A DNA stretch of 64,000 nucleotides, taken from the NCBI RefSeq assembly GCF_006345805.1, contig NC_043000.1, positions 13,826,001-13,890,000 of the forward strand. Reading direction: 5' to 3'. How positions within the stretch are numbered: the first letter of the stretch is position 1; the number at the start of each line of letters is the position of its first letter. Made by a program: the position numbers and the translations under genes. Of this stretch, positions 24,475-37,785 are shown one piece after another. Source of the DNA: Octopus sinensis. Taxonomy: Eukaryota. The notes under the pieces were generated by a model, which saw nothing but the letters and a program-made list of their open reading frames with translations, had not been told where the DNA came from and did not search any database.

Positions 24475-26080
24475 TTAAACTTTCAGCAAAGTATAACTCA
24501 ACCAGTATATGAACTTATACTATTTTCAGATAAAACTAATCACTCATTTTTAATGACAGCATTACTCCCAAACAAACTTTACTCCTAGACAAACTGTATT
24601 GTTTGCTGAATCGTATGACACATTACAAGATTCTTTGATCTACTCACAGTTTCTAATTCTATTTGCTAGATAGTTCTTTATGTATAGTTAACATTAGAAT
24701 TTGATGTCTTGAAGATATTATTTTGAGTTCTTGCTTGGAATGTATAGAGTTAAGAGTATGGAGTAAAGAAAAAGTAAGCTACAATAGATACAGTAGCAAT
24801 TGCTATTATACTTTTTAGATTTTAACTCCTTATTTCAGATTTTTCATAAATTTTAGATTCTATGTTATAGGAATGTTAAAATCTAGTCAAGCAGCTTCTA
24901 TATTTAACCAAGTCAACTAGCTAATTATTCAACATCCTGAGAGGATTGTGTTGTTATATGTTAATCAAAAAAACAAAACATGTTTGAAATGTTATTTTAA
25001 GATGTTTCATTCTTTGCATAGTTTTTTTTACATGAGAAAGTGCTAAAAAAACTGATATCTGTACTAGATTTCATTTCATACACTAACAGCTACCTTCTAA
25101 TTTCTGACATTTGTCTAAGGGGATGCATCAACCCTTTGCTTTTCTGTTAGGAGGATTAGGTTCACAAAGGAATATATTTTTGTAACTCTTTTTAATGTTG
25201 ACTTAGTGAGGTCATGTGGAACAAATTGTAAAATCATGTCTAGGATCTATTTGAAAGAGCCTTGCTTTCAAATGTTTGGGTTCGTTAATCAAATTGGCAC
25301 ATCATGGAGATAAGAGGCTTCATGTTTAATTGGATTAATAAGGACTAAGTCTTGCTTTTTCCTTATGAAAGATTTATGCATTTCTCCAATCTTTCAGCTG
25401 GTTTTTATGTGCAATAATCAGGCATCTATTCTGCTTCATTTTTGTTTTGCATAAATGGTTTGTGTCTAGAAATGTAAAACAGAAGAGATAGTCTAATTTA
25501 TGGTATTCTTGATAAAGATAATCATGAGAAAAATACATTATCTTTAAATTTGAAAAATCCCAAATAGCATTAAGGAAATATTTATGTGGTTAAAAGGATT
25601 ATAGAAGCAAAGTGTTTTATACATATATGATCACAAAATAGACGAGATATTCAGTATAGTTATCTGGAGAAAATGTATTGGATCTAGTAATAATGAGAAA
25701 ATGTACTGTATTTAGTAGTAATGAGAATAAAAGTACTTATAGGAAAGGTGATTTTCTTTAATCAGTTTTTCTGAAATAATGAGTTACTATTGCTGTTATC
25801 TCAAGACAGCTTTATAAATCCCTATCACAAAGCTGTAACTGCTGTGGACTAACATGTTTTATCAAAATATCATTGAGAATTGGCATGAAGAAGATTAGTG
25901 TGGATTGAAACTGATGAGTGAAAAACTTGATTGATTATATTCTTTCTGTTAATTTTAGTTCTAAGCCAGATGAAACCAGATTTATGCACTAGAATTATTT
26001 ACTAATAAGTGTGTGTAGGAGGAGCCTTTTTGTTGTTCTTGTTGTTGTTGTCAACATGCGTAATAATGTAGCACACAAAC

Positions 26081-28746
26081 GTTTATATCCTTCTGTACAT
26101 TGGATATAGAGATTTCATGAAGCAGGGATAGACATAACTGTCTTCACACAATGTGCTTCAAATTAGTCCACTAAACACAATATTCCAATAAATACAAGTT
26201 CTCAATGACTTCCACGAACTCTTTATGACTCCTACAACTTCTCATCTCAACCAATACGCTACCCTTTATAAAAGTTTGGCTAGTCCATTCTTCCAATCCC
26301 ACAGGGATTTCAATGACTCTTGCCACATCTCCCCATTTGAGATTTACTTCCTAGGGAAGTTTAATATTTCTTCCATTTAGGCACCACTTCCAATTGTTCT
26401 GTTTGTTTCTCCTTTCTTGTGCTTCTAAGCCTAGGCTCGACATCTTGTGGCGTTGGGAAATCAAAGGTGTTGTAGAGCTCTTCCATGGGTATCTCTTGAT
26501 TTTTGTGTTCCCATTTTCCGCCTCTTATATATGTCCTTAATTTTTTCAAATACATATTTTACATGCTCAACATGTTGATCCCTGGATTCACTTTTAATGA
26601 GTATATCATCCAGATATGGTATTGCAAATTCACAACCCGCTAACATTGCATCCATAATCTGTTGAAAAATCGCTGGTGCAACTTTTAAATCAAATGGTAA
26701 CCTGTTGTACTTATACAGTCCTTTATGCGTGTTAGTTGTTACGTATTTCAAGCATTCATCACCTACTTTAATTTGTAGGTACGTGTCAGAGAGATCCAAT
26801 TTAGAAAATATTCACCATTTAATTTTGCAAAAATATCTTCCGGAGTAGGTAGTGGATAGTAGCATGTTTTAAGACATTCATTCAAACTAGTAGGAAAAAC
26901 AGCACACACTCTGATTTTATTATTCTTTCTTTTAATATACACAGCTGGTGTTGCCCATTTAGAATATTCCAATTTTTGGATAACTCCAATTTTTTCTAGT
27001 TTCTCTAGTTCTTCATTGACTTGCTTCATTGTTGTGAAGGGTACCATTTGTTTTGGTTTAAAAACTGGAATGGCATTTTCTCTTATTTGAAAATACGCCT
27101 TTGTCTTGGTACACAGACCTAATTTATCAGACAGAACTTCAGGAAAAATATTTTTTACTTATGTTTTCAATTCATCTGACTTGGTTTTACTCGAAGAAAA
27201 GCCATTTATATTTTTACAGAACAGATTTATGGGGAGGTCCCATAAATTAAGCAATTCCATCCAGTCAGTATTGAATAAGTTTGTTGTATTATTTAACAAA
27301 AAAAAAAAAAAGGTTTTTACCTTGAAATGTAACCTCAGTTATCATTTCACCCTAAAAATGTAATTTTTTTCCTGAGACACCTTTCTCAATTTTTAAAGTT
27401 TACGTTAATGTAGTCTTTCCTATTTTTTTCCATGTGTCAGTGTTAATAATTGTAATATCAGTGCCTGTATCTGGCTGTAGCTTCACATTCACTTCATTTT
27501 TATGCACACAAACTTTCTTTTGTGAACCTCACCTAGTCTTTCTGTTGAGAAAACCTTTCCAGAATTTTTTCATTCAACCTTTTTTTTACTCTATAATGTG
27601 AGCTTTTATGTCCGATTTTTTGACAGTTAAAACATTTAAAATTTTTAAACAGACAGTTGTTTTTAAAATGTAGACCTCTGCATCCATAATGTAGATTGGG
27701 TCTTGATCATCCTTTTTCTTTTTCCTTATCTGTTACAGGTCAACACACAAGTATGTGAGAGTAATCCTTTTCTTTGATTTCATTTGCATCATGTTGTTGA
27801 TTAATAATTCTCTGCCACTACCTGCAGTCAAACTCTGGTCCTGTTCTAATTTTGTCAATATCTGGGCACGTATCTATGCATCTTTGCTTGCAGTTAACCC
27901 TTGAACAAAAATTGGACATTTGACCATATCTGTGGTTAATTCTTTAAGTTTGAATTTTTCCTATTCTCTATTGATGACTCTGGCATAGGTGACAAAATCT
28001 TTATCTTTTTTTACTAGATTCAAACACTCCCAGCTTGTATTGAACAGGGAACTTCTCTCACTGAAAATTTTCAATAAGAATTTGCTTCATCGAAACCTGT
28101 TTGGCAGAATGTAGTTATAGTATTTTTTGTGTTTGGCTGGGGATAATTTTCTTAAAAGTCGTCGTACTTTTTCATTATCCATCCAATTTTTGCATTCCTC
28201 TTAGAAGATTTCTTCATATCTTCAGAAATATGCAGAAAAAGTAATACCTTTTTCTGGGTTATAACTAAATTCTGCAATTGTGTTTGCTATGCTGTCTAGT
28301 GAGCACGAACTGAAGTATTTTTGATCTTCAACATTAATTCCAGCAACTGTTGGTATTGTTGTTGTTGTAATTACTGCTGTTTGCAACTGCACTATGGAGG
28401 CTAATAAATCTTCCATGTTAACTAACTATTCTTTGATTTTGTATCAAACGTCTGATGTAAGCTTTGCATAAACTTGTCGCCACTTTTTTTATCCTTCTAT
28501 ACATTGGATATACAGATTTCATGAAGTGGGGATTGACACAACTGTCTTCACACAACATACTTCAAATTACTCCACTAAACACGATACTCGAATAAATACA
28601 AACTCTCAACAATCTCAACGACTTCCTACAACTTGCACAAACTCTCAACTACTCCTATGAGTTCTTGTCTCAACCAATATGCTACTCTTTATAAGAGTTC
28701 AGCCAGTCCATTTTTCCAATCACATGTGTCAATGACTCTCGCCACA
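26081..28746 (-). mobile_element. Gypsy (Mag/K02A2.6-like) LTR retrotransposon, internally deleted
   Basis: Direct-repeat LTRs at ~28483-28746 and 26081-26327, both starting TGTGGC on the minus strand. PBS-like TGGCGAC (28476-28482) and PPT GGGGAGA (26328-26334). Gag remnant at 28222-28416; RT remnants present. Confidence 0.92.
26461..27047 (-). pseudogene. Gypsy reverse transcriptase remnant (frameshifted)
   Basis: EELEKLEKIGVI..SKWATPAV..KRKNNKIRVC..YPLPTPEDIFAKLNG, then DLSDTYLQI..HKGLYKYNRLPFDLKVAPAIFQQIMD..PYLDDILI. Confidence 0.92.
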
Positions 28747-29124
28747 ACACAAACAAGTTACTGTATTTATGTGGTGGAAGATGGGTGATTTAGATCAGTG
28801 ATTTTCAGCATTTATTTCTCTTATGTTGGTCTACTTTTTTAACCCAAATTACTTCTGTATCCACCCCACCTGTTGCCATTAGTTGACAAAGCATATTTTA
28901 CTATTTGCAACATGTATTAACCACAGTTGTATCACATAGATTCAAAATGTTGTATTAGATTACAAACACAACCATTTCCATAATAGCAAAGAAAATTCTA
29001 TTAAAAAGACATGAAGACATAAGGACTGTCACAAGTTATCTCATAATGTGTATTTTACTTACCAAAAAGAAAGAAAATTATTAGAAATATAGGTGTATAA
29101 TAAAGATACTTTTATAATTGTTAC

Positions 29125-29254
29125 CTGAGGCTTGTGACTTACACAAACCTGCAAGCTTTTCAATATCTGGCTGCAATCTTCTTTGTGATAAATGGAGATC
29201 ATTTCTCTTTACAATGTCAAGGTAGTTGCAAGCTTTTGACAGTAGACAAGTTAC
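29125..29254 (-). CDS. Candidate internal coding exon of an unidentified host gene
   Basis: Strong pyrimidine tract ttcttttcttactgaatcttgctttagctag|, donor TCAG|gtaaca, 130 nt. Open frame VTCLLSKACNYLDIVKRNDLHLSQRRLQPDIEKLAGLCKSQAS. No homologue recognised. Confidence 0.5.
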
Positions 29255-29429
29255 CTAGCTAAAGCAAGATTCAGTAAGAAAAGAAGTGGGGAAAGCAATA
29301 ATATACATTGTTACTTTTTCCTAGAAAGTAGAAACTTCTGAGCAATTTCTGTTTTTCATAAATTATGCTGAGTTGTTTCTTTGTCAACATGAATTCATTT
29401 AGCCCCCGCCTTGGTTCTAGAATCACCTT

Positions 29430-29625
29430 TTTACATGCCAGTGGCACATAAAAAGCACTCAATACACCTGCGTGGTTGGTTCTAGGAAGGGCATACAGCT
29501 GTAGAAACTTTGCCAGATCAGATTGAGCCTGGTGCAGCCTCTGGTTCACCAGTCCTCAGTCAAACTGTCCAACTCATACCAGCATGGGAAGCAGACGTTA
29601 AACGATGATGATGATGATGATGATG
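29430..29625 (+). mobile_element. RTE LINE 3' terminal fragment
   Basis: GTGGCACATAAAAAGCAC...GACGTTAAAC(GAT)7. Confidence 0.85.
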
Positions 29626-30089
29626 GATCCTATACCCAACCTGGAACACACATCTTTTGCAAGTATTTCTGCTTTGACAAAAAAATGAAGTTAATGGACT
29701 GGTTGATTAAGAGATAGAAATGATTTTTGGAAGAACTTGAATTTACACAGGAATTTAGAAATAAAAGTTCATTGGAAGACATACAAAATCACTAGCTCAT
29801 CCAATTCATCACATCATAGGAAAAAAATATTGAATCAGTATTATGCTAATATCATTCAGATATACTTCATAGGTGTTTGAATCATGTGTAATGTTTGTTA
29901 AGGAGTAATATAGTCAGTCCTTATAGTTGTAGTTCATTACTGATGGGAAATAAGTCATAAACAAAATGAAGTCACATGATTAAAAATTGTTAATCAAAGG
30001 AAAACTGTACCCACAGCCAGCCACATTTCTTATAGAGTATTTAGAAGGAAAACTGGAGAAATTTGAAATGCTGCAATACAATAGTTATT

Positions 30090-30480
30090 TATAGTAGATC
30101 TGCAGCCTCTGACTCTGACACTATCCCTTTCATTACTTCCAAACAACATATACCAGAACAAGCTCCTGTCCGCACCACACTTTTCAATCCCCCTCCCCCT
30201 CTTTCTCTCTCTAAAAATATTTCAATCTTTGGAAATACTACAGTGTTTACCATTTGCAAGAAGGGCAACCTTTCTGGCCTCGCCAAACACCACTCTCAAG
30301 GATGATGCTTGGCAAGATCAGAGTGGTCACCCTTCATCTTAAAGATGATGGAAACAGCTCTTAACTACAAAACTTCTCTAACACCTTGAAATTCTCTTCC
30401 TCTTTTATTACCAGTACAGCTTTCATAAAGCCAGATCTATTGGAGATCTTTTCTTCTGTGTCACTTCTGTTCCCCACTCA
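30090..30480 (+). mobile_element. CR1/Jockey-group LINE RT remnant
   Basis: RSAASDSDTIPFITSKQHIPEQAPVRTTLFN...TVFTICKKGNLS, later QYSFHKARSIGDL. Resembles KSAGPDGIP..LKxCAPELAP.L..LFN...PIPKKG...QYGFRKARSTGDL. Confidence 0.6.
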
Positions 30481-32536
30481 CTATCTGATACACTTCTTTT
30501 TATAATACTTCTCTTCCACCTTTCTCAGCACTGTCACTAATTTCTCTTTCCATATTCCAGTAGCTTGACAAAGTGTTTGAAATAAACAAACCAAACAAGA
30601 TTAATGTGATTAATGTGATTTGATTCTTTATATACATAGATATATGCAATATAAATAATGATGCCCATCACAGATGCGAGATCCATGCCAACAAAGTTAA
30701 ATTAAAGATAAAAATATTTTCTATTGCCTATTTATACAGTTCACACCTCTTCACTTTTTTGTAATTATTACTTTAAACAAACAATTATGGTTAAATATTA
30801 TTTATGAGTTACTTTTCATTTCTTTGCTCCAATAAATTCAAAATGTTTGTTCTAGTTTCTGAACTTGATTTCTAATTATGGTTTGTTCCCCACTGATGAT
30901 GATGGATAACCAGCTCACTGAATAAGGACATGAAGTGGCTGAGTATTCTGCAAGCACATGTACCTTAATATAAATCTTAGGTTGAATCAGCACAATGCAA
31001 GAGTGACAAGGCTTAATCTTTGAATTCCAGGTACAGTGCCTCTGATACAATTTCTGTCTACTCATATTCACTAAAAAGCTTGGATTAACCCAAAGTTATG
31101 GTAATTGCATTTATCTAAGATGCCACACAGTGGGATTGAACCTAGGATGTCATGGTTGGAATTTCTTTACCAATCAGACATGCCCTATATACAAATTACC
31201 TTTCAAATGATATTTTACATAGTCTAGAAAGTTAAGCCCTTTTTTTTTATTGTGCTGTTCATAATTTTGAGGTTTTTCTGTTGTTGTTCACCCCAGCTCA
31301 ATTCATGTCTAGCAAGCAGACCTGTGGTCAATGGCATTGCAGTCATGACCATCCCATCTTTTTTCCTATGTACTAGGAACCCAGGGCCACATTGTTCAAT
31401 GTATCCTGTTACTAGGAATCCAGGATCACATTATTCAATGTATCCTGAAGATGAAGATTTGACTTCTATTTTTAACAAGTAAGCAACCATGTAGTGGCTT
31501 TCTCATTGACCCAAGAATTCTCTATGTGTATGTATGATGTATTCCAATAATAACTTCTCTTCATCTTTTCTCATTACTTATTCATATACTACTGATTTAC
31601 ATTGCACAACCAGCATATATCATTTTCATTTCATTCCTCTTGGAAATAATACATTAATTGTATTCTGTTTCCTATTTATCTAGTTTAACCAAGTGAGCAT
31701 TAATCACTAGATAGCTTTGAAAGCAAATAGATATAGATAGCAAAAGAAATAGCGTCAGCTTAATACTAGTCATATGTTAGTTCACTAAAACAGACTAAAA
31801 TTGCTCATATAGCATAACCTTGAAGTATATTTGGTTTTAAAGACAAATTAACTTGATGCTACATAACTAATGAGTTACTAGATTTTATTGCATTGCTTGA
31901 ACGCAGACAATATTCACCTTTTTGAATAAGCAAAATGTTTTTTAATGTGGCTATAAAACTTATCTACACCATACTTTGATATTTATGTATGTAATGAAAG
32001 ACAAACAGAGTGGGATTTGGCCTATGCCTTTAGAATATTAATTTTGAAAATCAATCTTACAGTAAGTAACACATTTTATATTTTGGTGAGCACTGAGTAA
32101 ATAAATAACAATCTGTCTTTTAGTAAATCTGTAGAATTTACATGCAATCTTAAAGTGGAGACAATATTTCTACCTTTTATTGTTGAGATGCTTTTTGTTA
32201 GCATTTTGAAAATAAACTCAACAGAAGCTGAAAATTTTAGCCAATAAGCTATTTGGTTTACACAAGCATCTTTGTCAGAGACCTTGAGAATTAGAGTGGT
32301 GCATACTAAAATAGAAGAATATCATTTAATACTTAGGTTGTACACCTGTTAAATAAATCTTTCCCTGTGTCTAATTTGCATTTTGAAATAGTTTCACCTT
32401 CCCACCTTGTCATGGTTCACTTTTGTTTTCTTTGTCTCATTTCCTCTTGCAGTAGTCTGTGGATAATTAGTAGATTCAATACATTGGTTGATACTCCTCA
32501 TTTTCATATTTTGTTATTTAATCATTACATTCATTA

Positions 32537-33795
32537 CAGGGATTGGACAAAATAATGGAAACATCTAGCATCATAGCATCATAATTTTGAAATAATTATA
32601 AAACCATCAAAAGCTTGTTTCTTTTTATGCTTTCTGATTTATTATTAGTTTTGCTTAATATGTTTTGCTAAAATTGTTGTTTCTTCTCAGATATCATCAG
32701 AAAAAGGTAATTAGAATTCATTAAAATGACAGCTCTATCAGAGTTTCAAAGAGGTCAAATTGTTGGTGCTCGTATGGCAGGCGCTAGCGTAATGAAAACA
32801 GCTGAAATGTTTGGTGTATTGAGAAGTTCTGTCTCAAAAGTAATGACAAACTTTGAGAAAGAGGGAAAAAGCTCCTTGTCGAAACAAAACTCCGGAAGAA
32901 GACCAAAACTTTCAGATAGGGACCATCGGACTCTTATGCGAATTGTTAGAAAGGATCACAAAAGTACAGCTCCCAAAATTACTGCAGAGCTTAATGAGAA
33001 CCCAGTTTCCACAAAAACTGTTTGCCGGGAGCTGCACAAAGCCAGATTTCATGGGAGGGCTACAATCAGAAAATCACTACTTTCAAGAGCAAACATTGCA
33101 AAGCGCTTAATATGGAGTAAAAACCTACAGAATTGGTCCCTAGAGCAGTGGAAGAATGTTATTTTCTTGGATGAGTCATCCTTTACCTTATTTCCGATCA
33201 CCAGCCAAGTAAATGTATGGAGACAGCCAAATGAAGCATTTTGACCCAGACTGCCTTCTTCCAACTGTTAAACATGGAGGAGGATCTGTGATGATCTGAG
33301 GGGCTATATCTTGGAAATCTGCCAGCCCAATGGTTTCCCTTCATAGCAGAATTAATAGTCAAGACTATTTAAGCGTTTTATCTCATCAAATTCATCCTAT
33401 GGTTCCGGAACTGTTTCCAGAGGAAACGCAATCTTTCAAGATGATAATGCACCAATTCACACAGCTAAAGTTGTTACTGAATAGCACGAGGAACATTCTA
33501 TTGAAGTTGAACATCTTAACTGGCCATCACAGTCCCCAGAAATCAATATTATTGAACATTTATGGTGCATTTTAGAAAAACAAGTAAGGAGTCGATATCC
33601 TCTACCATCATCACTACAAGAGCTGGAGACTGTTTTAGCTGAAGAATGAAAATTCCTTTGGAAAAAATTCAAACTTTGTACGAGTCCATACTTTGTAGAA
33701 TTCAAACTGTAATTAGTGCCAAAGCAGTTCTACCTCATATTAAAATATATCTGTTTGAAATTTTAAGGTATTTCCATTATTTTGTCCAACCCCTG
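32537..33795 (+). mobile_element. Tc1 (DD34E) transposon, full length but inactivated
   Basis: TIRs CAGGGATTGGACAAAATAATGGAAA / TTTCCATTATTTTGTCCAACCCCTG, 5' TA. Transposase from 32726 has paired-like HTH, GRRPKLS, IFLDES, DDNAPIH and PSQSPEINIIEHLW, with stops and frameshifts. Confidence 0.95.
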
Positions 33796-34162
33796 TTTAT
33801 CACATATTTACTGTTATGTCTGTCAGGTATGTCTGTCAGATCTCCATATAACTGTTTCTCTCTCAACATTTGATGTTTTCAAGCTACTCCCAAATATGAA
33901 CAATAAAAAAAATGTGTATATTCATAACTTCAGTGGTTAGCATATTCGATTAATAGAGCATAAACGATTGATGTGATTAGGATTGCATTATTTTTTCCTC
34001 CCACCTGTCTTATTATGACTAGTTGTAATATAGGCACAAATATTCTGTGATAGGAATGACTTAACACAAGACTTTACTTTCTTCTTTACCTATTTATCCA
34101 GCCAACGCCACCAACAAAAAAAATGGACATGAAAAGTAGTTTCTGATTTTAGTTATTTATTA

Positions 34163-35387
34163 CTAAGTCATCAAGAATGAAATTTGTAGAAAAGAAAAGT
34201 TTGCTAATGTTTTATAAATACAAGGAATCGTTTTATTCATCAAAGTATGCACCCATATTGTCAATACACTTTTGCCATTTCAGCAATAGCTTGTCCAACC
34301 CGGAACTGTAAAAATCTGGCAATCTAGATCCAATAAACTCTTTGAAGGCCTGTTTTACAGCATCATTGGAATTAATTTTTTTCCTATCAAAAAGTTATCC
34401 AAATTCTGGAAGAAGTGGTAGTCAGTGGGGGCAAGATCAGGTGAGTATGGTGGATGATGATCTTCCAACTCCAACGCCTGAAGTTTCACCAATATCATTT
34501 TTGCAATGTGTGGTCTGGCGTTGTCTTGCAATAAAATAGGAGTGGATCTGTTGACTAGTCTCTGCTGTGTTTTTGTATGTTTCTGCATCATTTGGTCCAG
34601 TTGGTTGCAGTATACTTTAGCCATGATTGATGAGCCAGGTTTAATGAAATCATAATGGATCACACCTGTGCCAGACCACCAACACACACCATCATCTTCT
34701 TTTGATGAATTTTGCTTTTTGGACTGTGTTTTGGTGGTTCATCTTTGTCTAACCATTGTACTGAATGTTTACGGTTGTTGTATTGAATCCACTTCTCATC
34801 ACATGTTACAGCTTGATTAAAAAATGATTCATTTTTGGGATGAGAAAGTAGCATAATGCAGGCTTCCAAATGTTGCTTTCTCATTTTCATTGAGTTCATG
34901 TGGAACCCAGCTATCCAACTTTTTCACTTTACTGATTTGAACTAGGTGAGTTAATGTTGTTTGCTTGCTAACACCAAACAACGATAATTCACAGGCACTT
35001 TGAGATGGATCTGACTCGACAGTGGCTTTCAGTTCGTCACTATTCACATTTGTTTCTGGTCAACCACATTGCTCATTTGTGAGGTCATAGTTACCAGAAC
35101 GAAATTTTGCAAACCAATTTGATACTGTCTTCTGTGTAATTACATTAGAATGAAATACTCCATTAATATTCCGAGCTGTCTGTGGTGCTGTATTTCTAAG
35201 AAAGAACTCACATTTCAAAACTGTATGAATTTCTGACACATCCATCTCTAAACAAAAATTAAAAAACGATTTATAAATACTTTATAAAGCTCAAAATGAG
35301 TTAGAATAAAGGAACAGATGTTTCAGCTTTCTAACAAAAAATAAAGATTGTCAAAATATAATACAAATTTCATACTTGATAACCTAA
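34163..35387 (-). mobile_element. Mariner (DD34D) transposon, full length, degenerate
   Basis: Imperfect ~25-bp TIRs with TA flanks. WVPHEL, VTCDEKW, LLQDNARPH and HPPYSPDLAPTDYH motifs across four broken ORFs. Confidence 0.93.
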
Positions 35388-36177
35388 TATTATTACATTA
35401 CTGGTAATCTGAAGTTTTTGTTATTAATTTTACATTAATGCTAATCTAAAGTTTGCTGCACTGTAAATACAATCCAAGCAGATTAACACTAATTTGCATC
35501 TCATAATTGCATAAGTAATTGACTAAGGAATTTCCCAGTAGCATTCTTAGTAAATCTTCAAAGCAGGAAACTCAAACAACAATGATATTTTTTTTTCCCT
35601 CTTTTAGTTTTGTTCTCTCCTAATTTGCAGCTTTAGATAAACTATGAAATGCATTATAATCATTCTCCTTTTGACAAGGATAATTTAGTAACCTTCTATT
35701 TGGTTTTACACTTGACTAATTATTTACTTGAGAGAAACATGCTTGTTCCTGTCTCACAATTCACTACTCAAGCAAACTATGGAAAACCATTATAAGTAGC
35801 ACAAGTTGTTAATTGGTGCAAGCAAACCTCAAAAAGGGCTTGGAAAAATTTTCCAGGCATATTAACACAAATTAATCTAAAATAGTCTTCACAATGATGA
35901 AACAAAAAAAAAAAAATTACATTTCGATAGACAAATTCTTTTTGCTTGAAGGACATTAATGGACTTATATGTGTAATCTCTTGTATTTGCTTGTCCAAGT
36001 GGTTCCTGATAGAAGTGAGATGTAGTCCTCATCAAATTAAGGAAAACTAATTCTCAGTAAGAATTAACTTGAACAAGTTTCACATAAGAAAGCATAGAAA
36101 AGCAGATAAACTGATGTAAAATGATGATTGTGTGTGTGTGTATGTATATATGTGTGTATGTATGTACACAGTGGGTA

Positions 36178-37381
36178 TGAGAGGTATTTGAGGATATATT
36201 TGGTAATTTAATAAAACAAGTCTAATCCAATAAAAAAAAAACATGTTTTTTCATAAAAATTTGTGCACATCTCCTTGATAAACTTTTTTATAAGATAACT
36301 ATATGAATCTGCCTTCAGCTTTGGCAAGTGCTTCAAAACAGGACCACAGTCATTGACATACCTGCACTAAATGGTCTTTATTCATTTTGGACATCACCTG
36401 GACAATGGCAGCCTCCAGTGAAACTATGGTATTGTGAGGATGTCAATCAATCTCTCCTTCAAGACTGCTCCAAACATAGTAGTTTGTGGAATTTAAATCT
36501 GGCGAGTCTGGAGGCCACGAATTTGGTGCTACATGATCATAAAGATTGTGTCTGACATTTAATCTTGAGCTATGTGAGCTTTATGAGATGTTGAGTCTTG
36601 TTGAAGCACTTAAGATCTTTTACTACATATTTCATCCATCCCAGAATAAATGACTGTCTTCAGCACCTCAGCCTATCCAGCAGCATTAATTTTATAACCC
36701 TCTGGCATAACATCTTTGTTACTCACCACTCCTAAAATCATCACAGTTGCTAGGAACTTAGTGTGAATCACTCTGGGAACACCAGGAGCTGCACATTACT
36801 TTGTTATTTCTCCTGTTAGGTCTTTGGTTTTGGTCAAAGTTTTTCTCATCAGAGAACAAAAGCATATTATGCTCATGAAGGTTTTTAACCTTAAGTTAAG
36901 TTACCACTTGGCATGGTTCAAACAGTTTTCTTATGTCTTTGCAGACATGAATTGGCTTCTCCTTAGTACACATGACTTATATTGAAGGTCCTTGTGCAAC
37001 ATTGATCTAAAAGTCCACTCTGACACCTAAAGTTATTTTGGTAATGGCCTTCATTGATTTTCTGGGATCATCGTCGATAATGTTTTGAACTTGTTAGATG
37101 AATTATATTGTCTTTATAGCGTCTGTTCAGTTTTTTTTGTCTCTTTGATACATTTCAAACATTCTTGCCAGAAGCTTTCAGTTCTATCTGATCTTTGTGC
37201 AGAAAAGATCTGTAATATTTAGAAAGTTGTCAGTTTCTAAATCACTGTGTTCTGCATATATGGCAACAGTGACTGCATATGTTATTTTATCTGCCATGGG
37301 GGGATCTGATAAAATAAAAACTTTTTAACTAGTTTGAAGAGAGTAACATATTGATAATTAAGTGTCCTCAAATACCTCACA
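36178..37381 (-). mobile_element. maT/DD37D-type Tc1-mariner transposon, degenerate
   Basis: TIRs TGAGAGGTATTTGAGGA / TCCTCAAATACCTCACA with TA flanks. Minus-strand IIDDDPRKSMKAI, LRRSQFMSAKT and HDHVAPNSWPPDSPDLNSTNYYVWS motifs are typical of this clade. Confidence 0.8.
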
Positions 37382-37399
37382 TACCCCCTTTATATTGCT

Positions 37400-37785
37400 G
37401 AATGCCATATCTTATTCTTTTATTCTTTTACTTGTTTCAGTCATTTCACTGCAACCATGCTGGAGCACCACTTTTAGTTGAACAAATCAACACCAGGACT
37501 TATATTACCAGTCTCTTTTGCCAATCTGCTAAGTTACAGGGATGTAAACACACCAACATCGATTGTCAAGCAATGGTGGTGGGGGGGACAAACACAGACA
37601 AATAAACACACACACATATATATATATGATGGGCTTCTTTCAGTTTCCGCCTGCCAAATCCACTCACAAGGCTTTAGTTGACCTGAGACTATAGTAGATG
37701 ACACTTGCCTAAGGTGCCACACAGTGGGGTTGAACCCTGAACCATTTGGTTGGGAAACAAGCTTCTTACCACGCAGCCAAATCTG
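37400..37785 (-). mobile_element. tRNA-derived SINE family A
   Basis: Colinear with 7197-7580. Confidence 0.9.

Noticed and set aside
31370-31450. 36-bp tandem duplication (also ~28-bp units at 25665-25740)
   Set aside because: Ordinary local slippage duplications with no sign of function.
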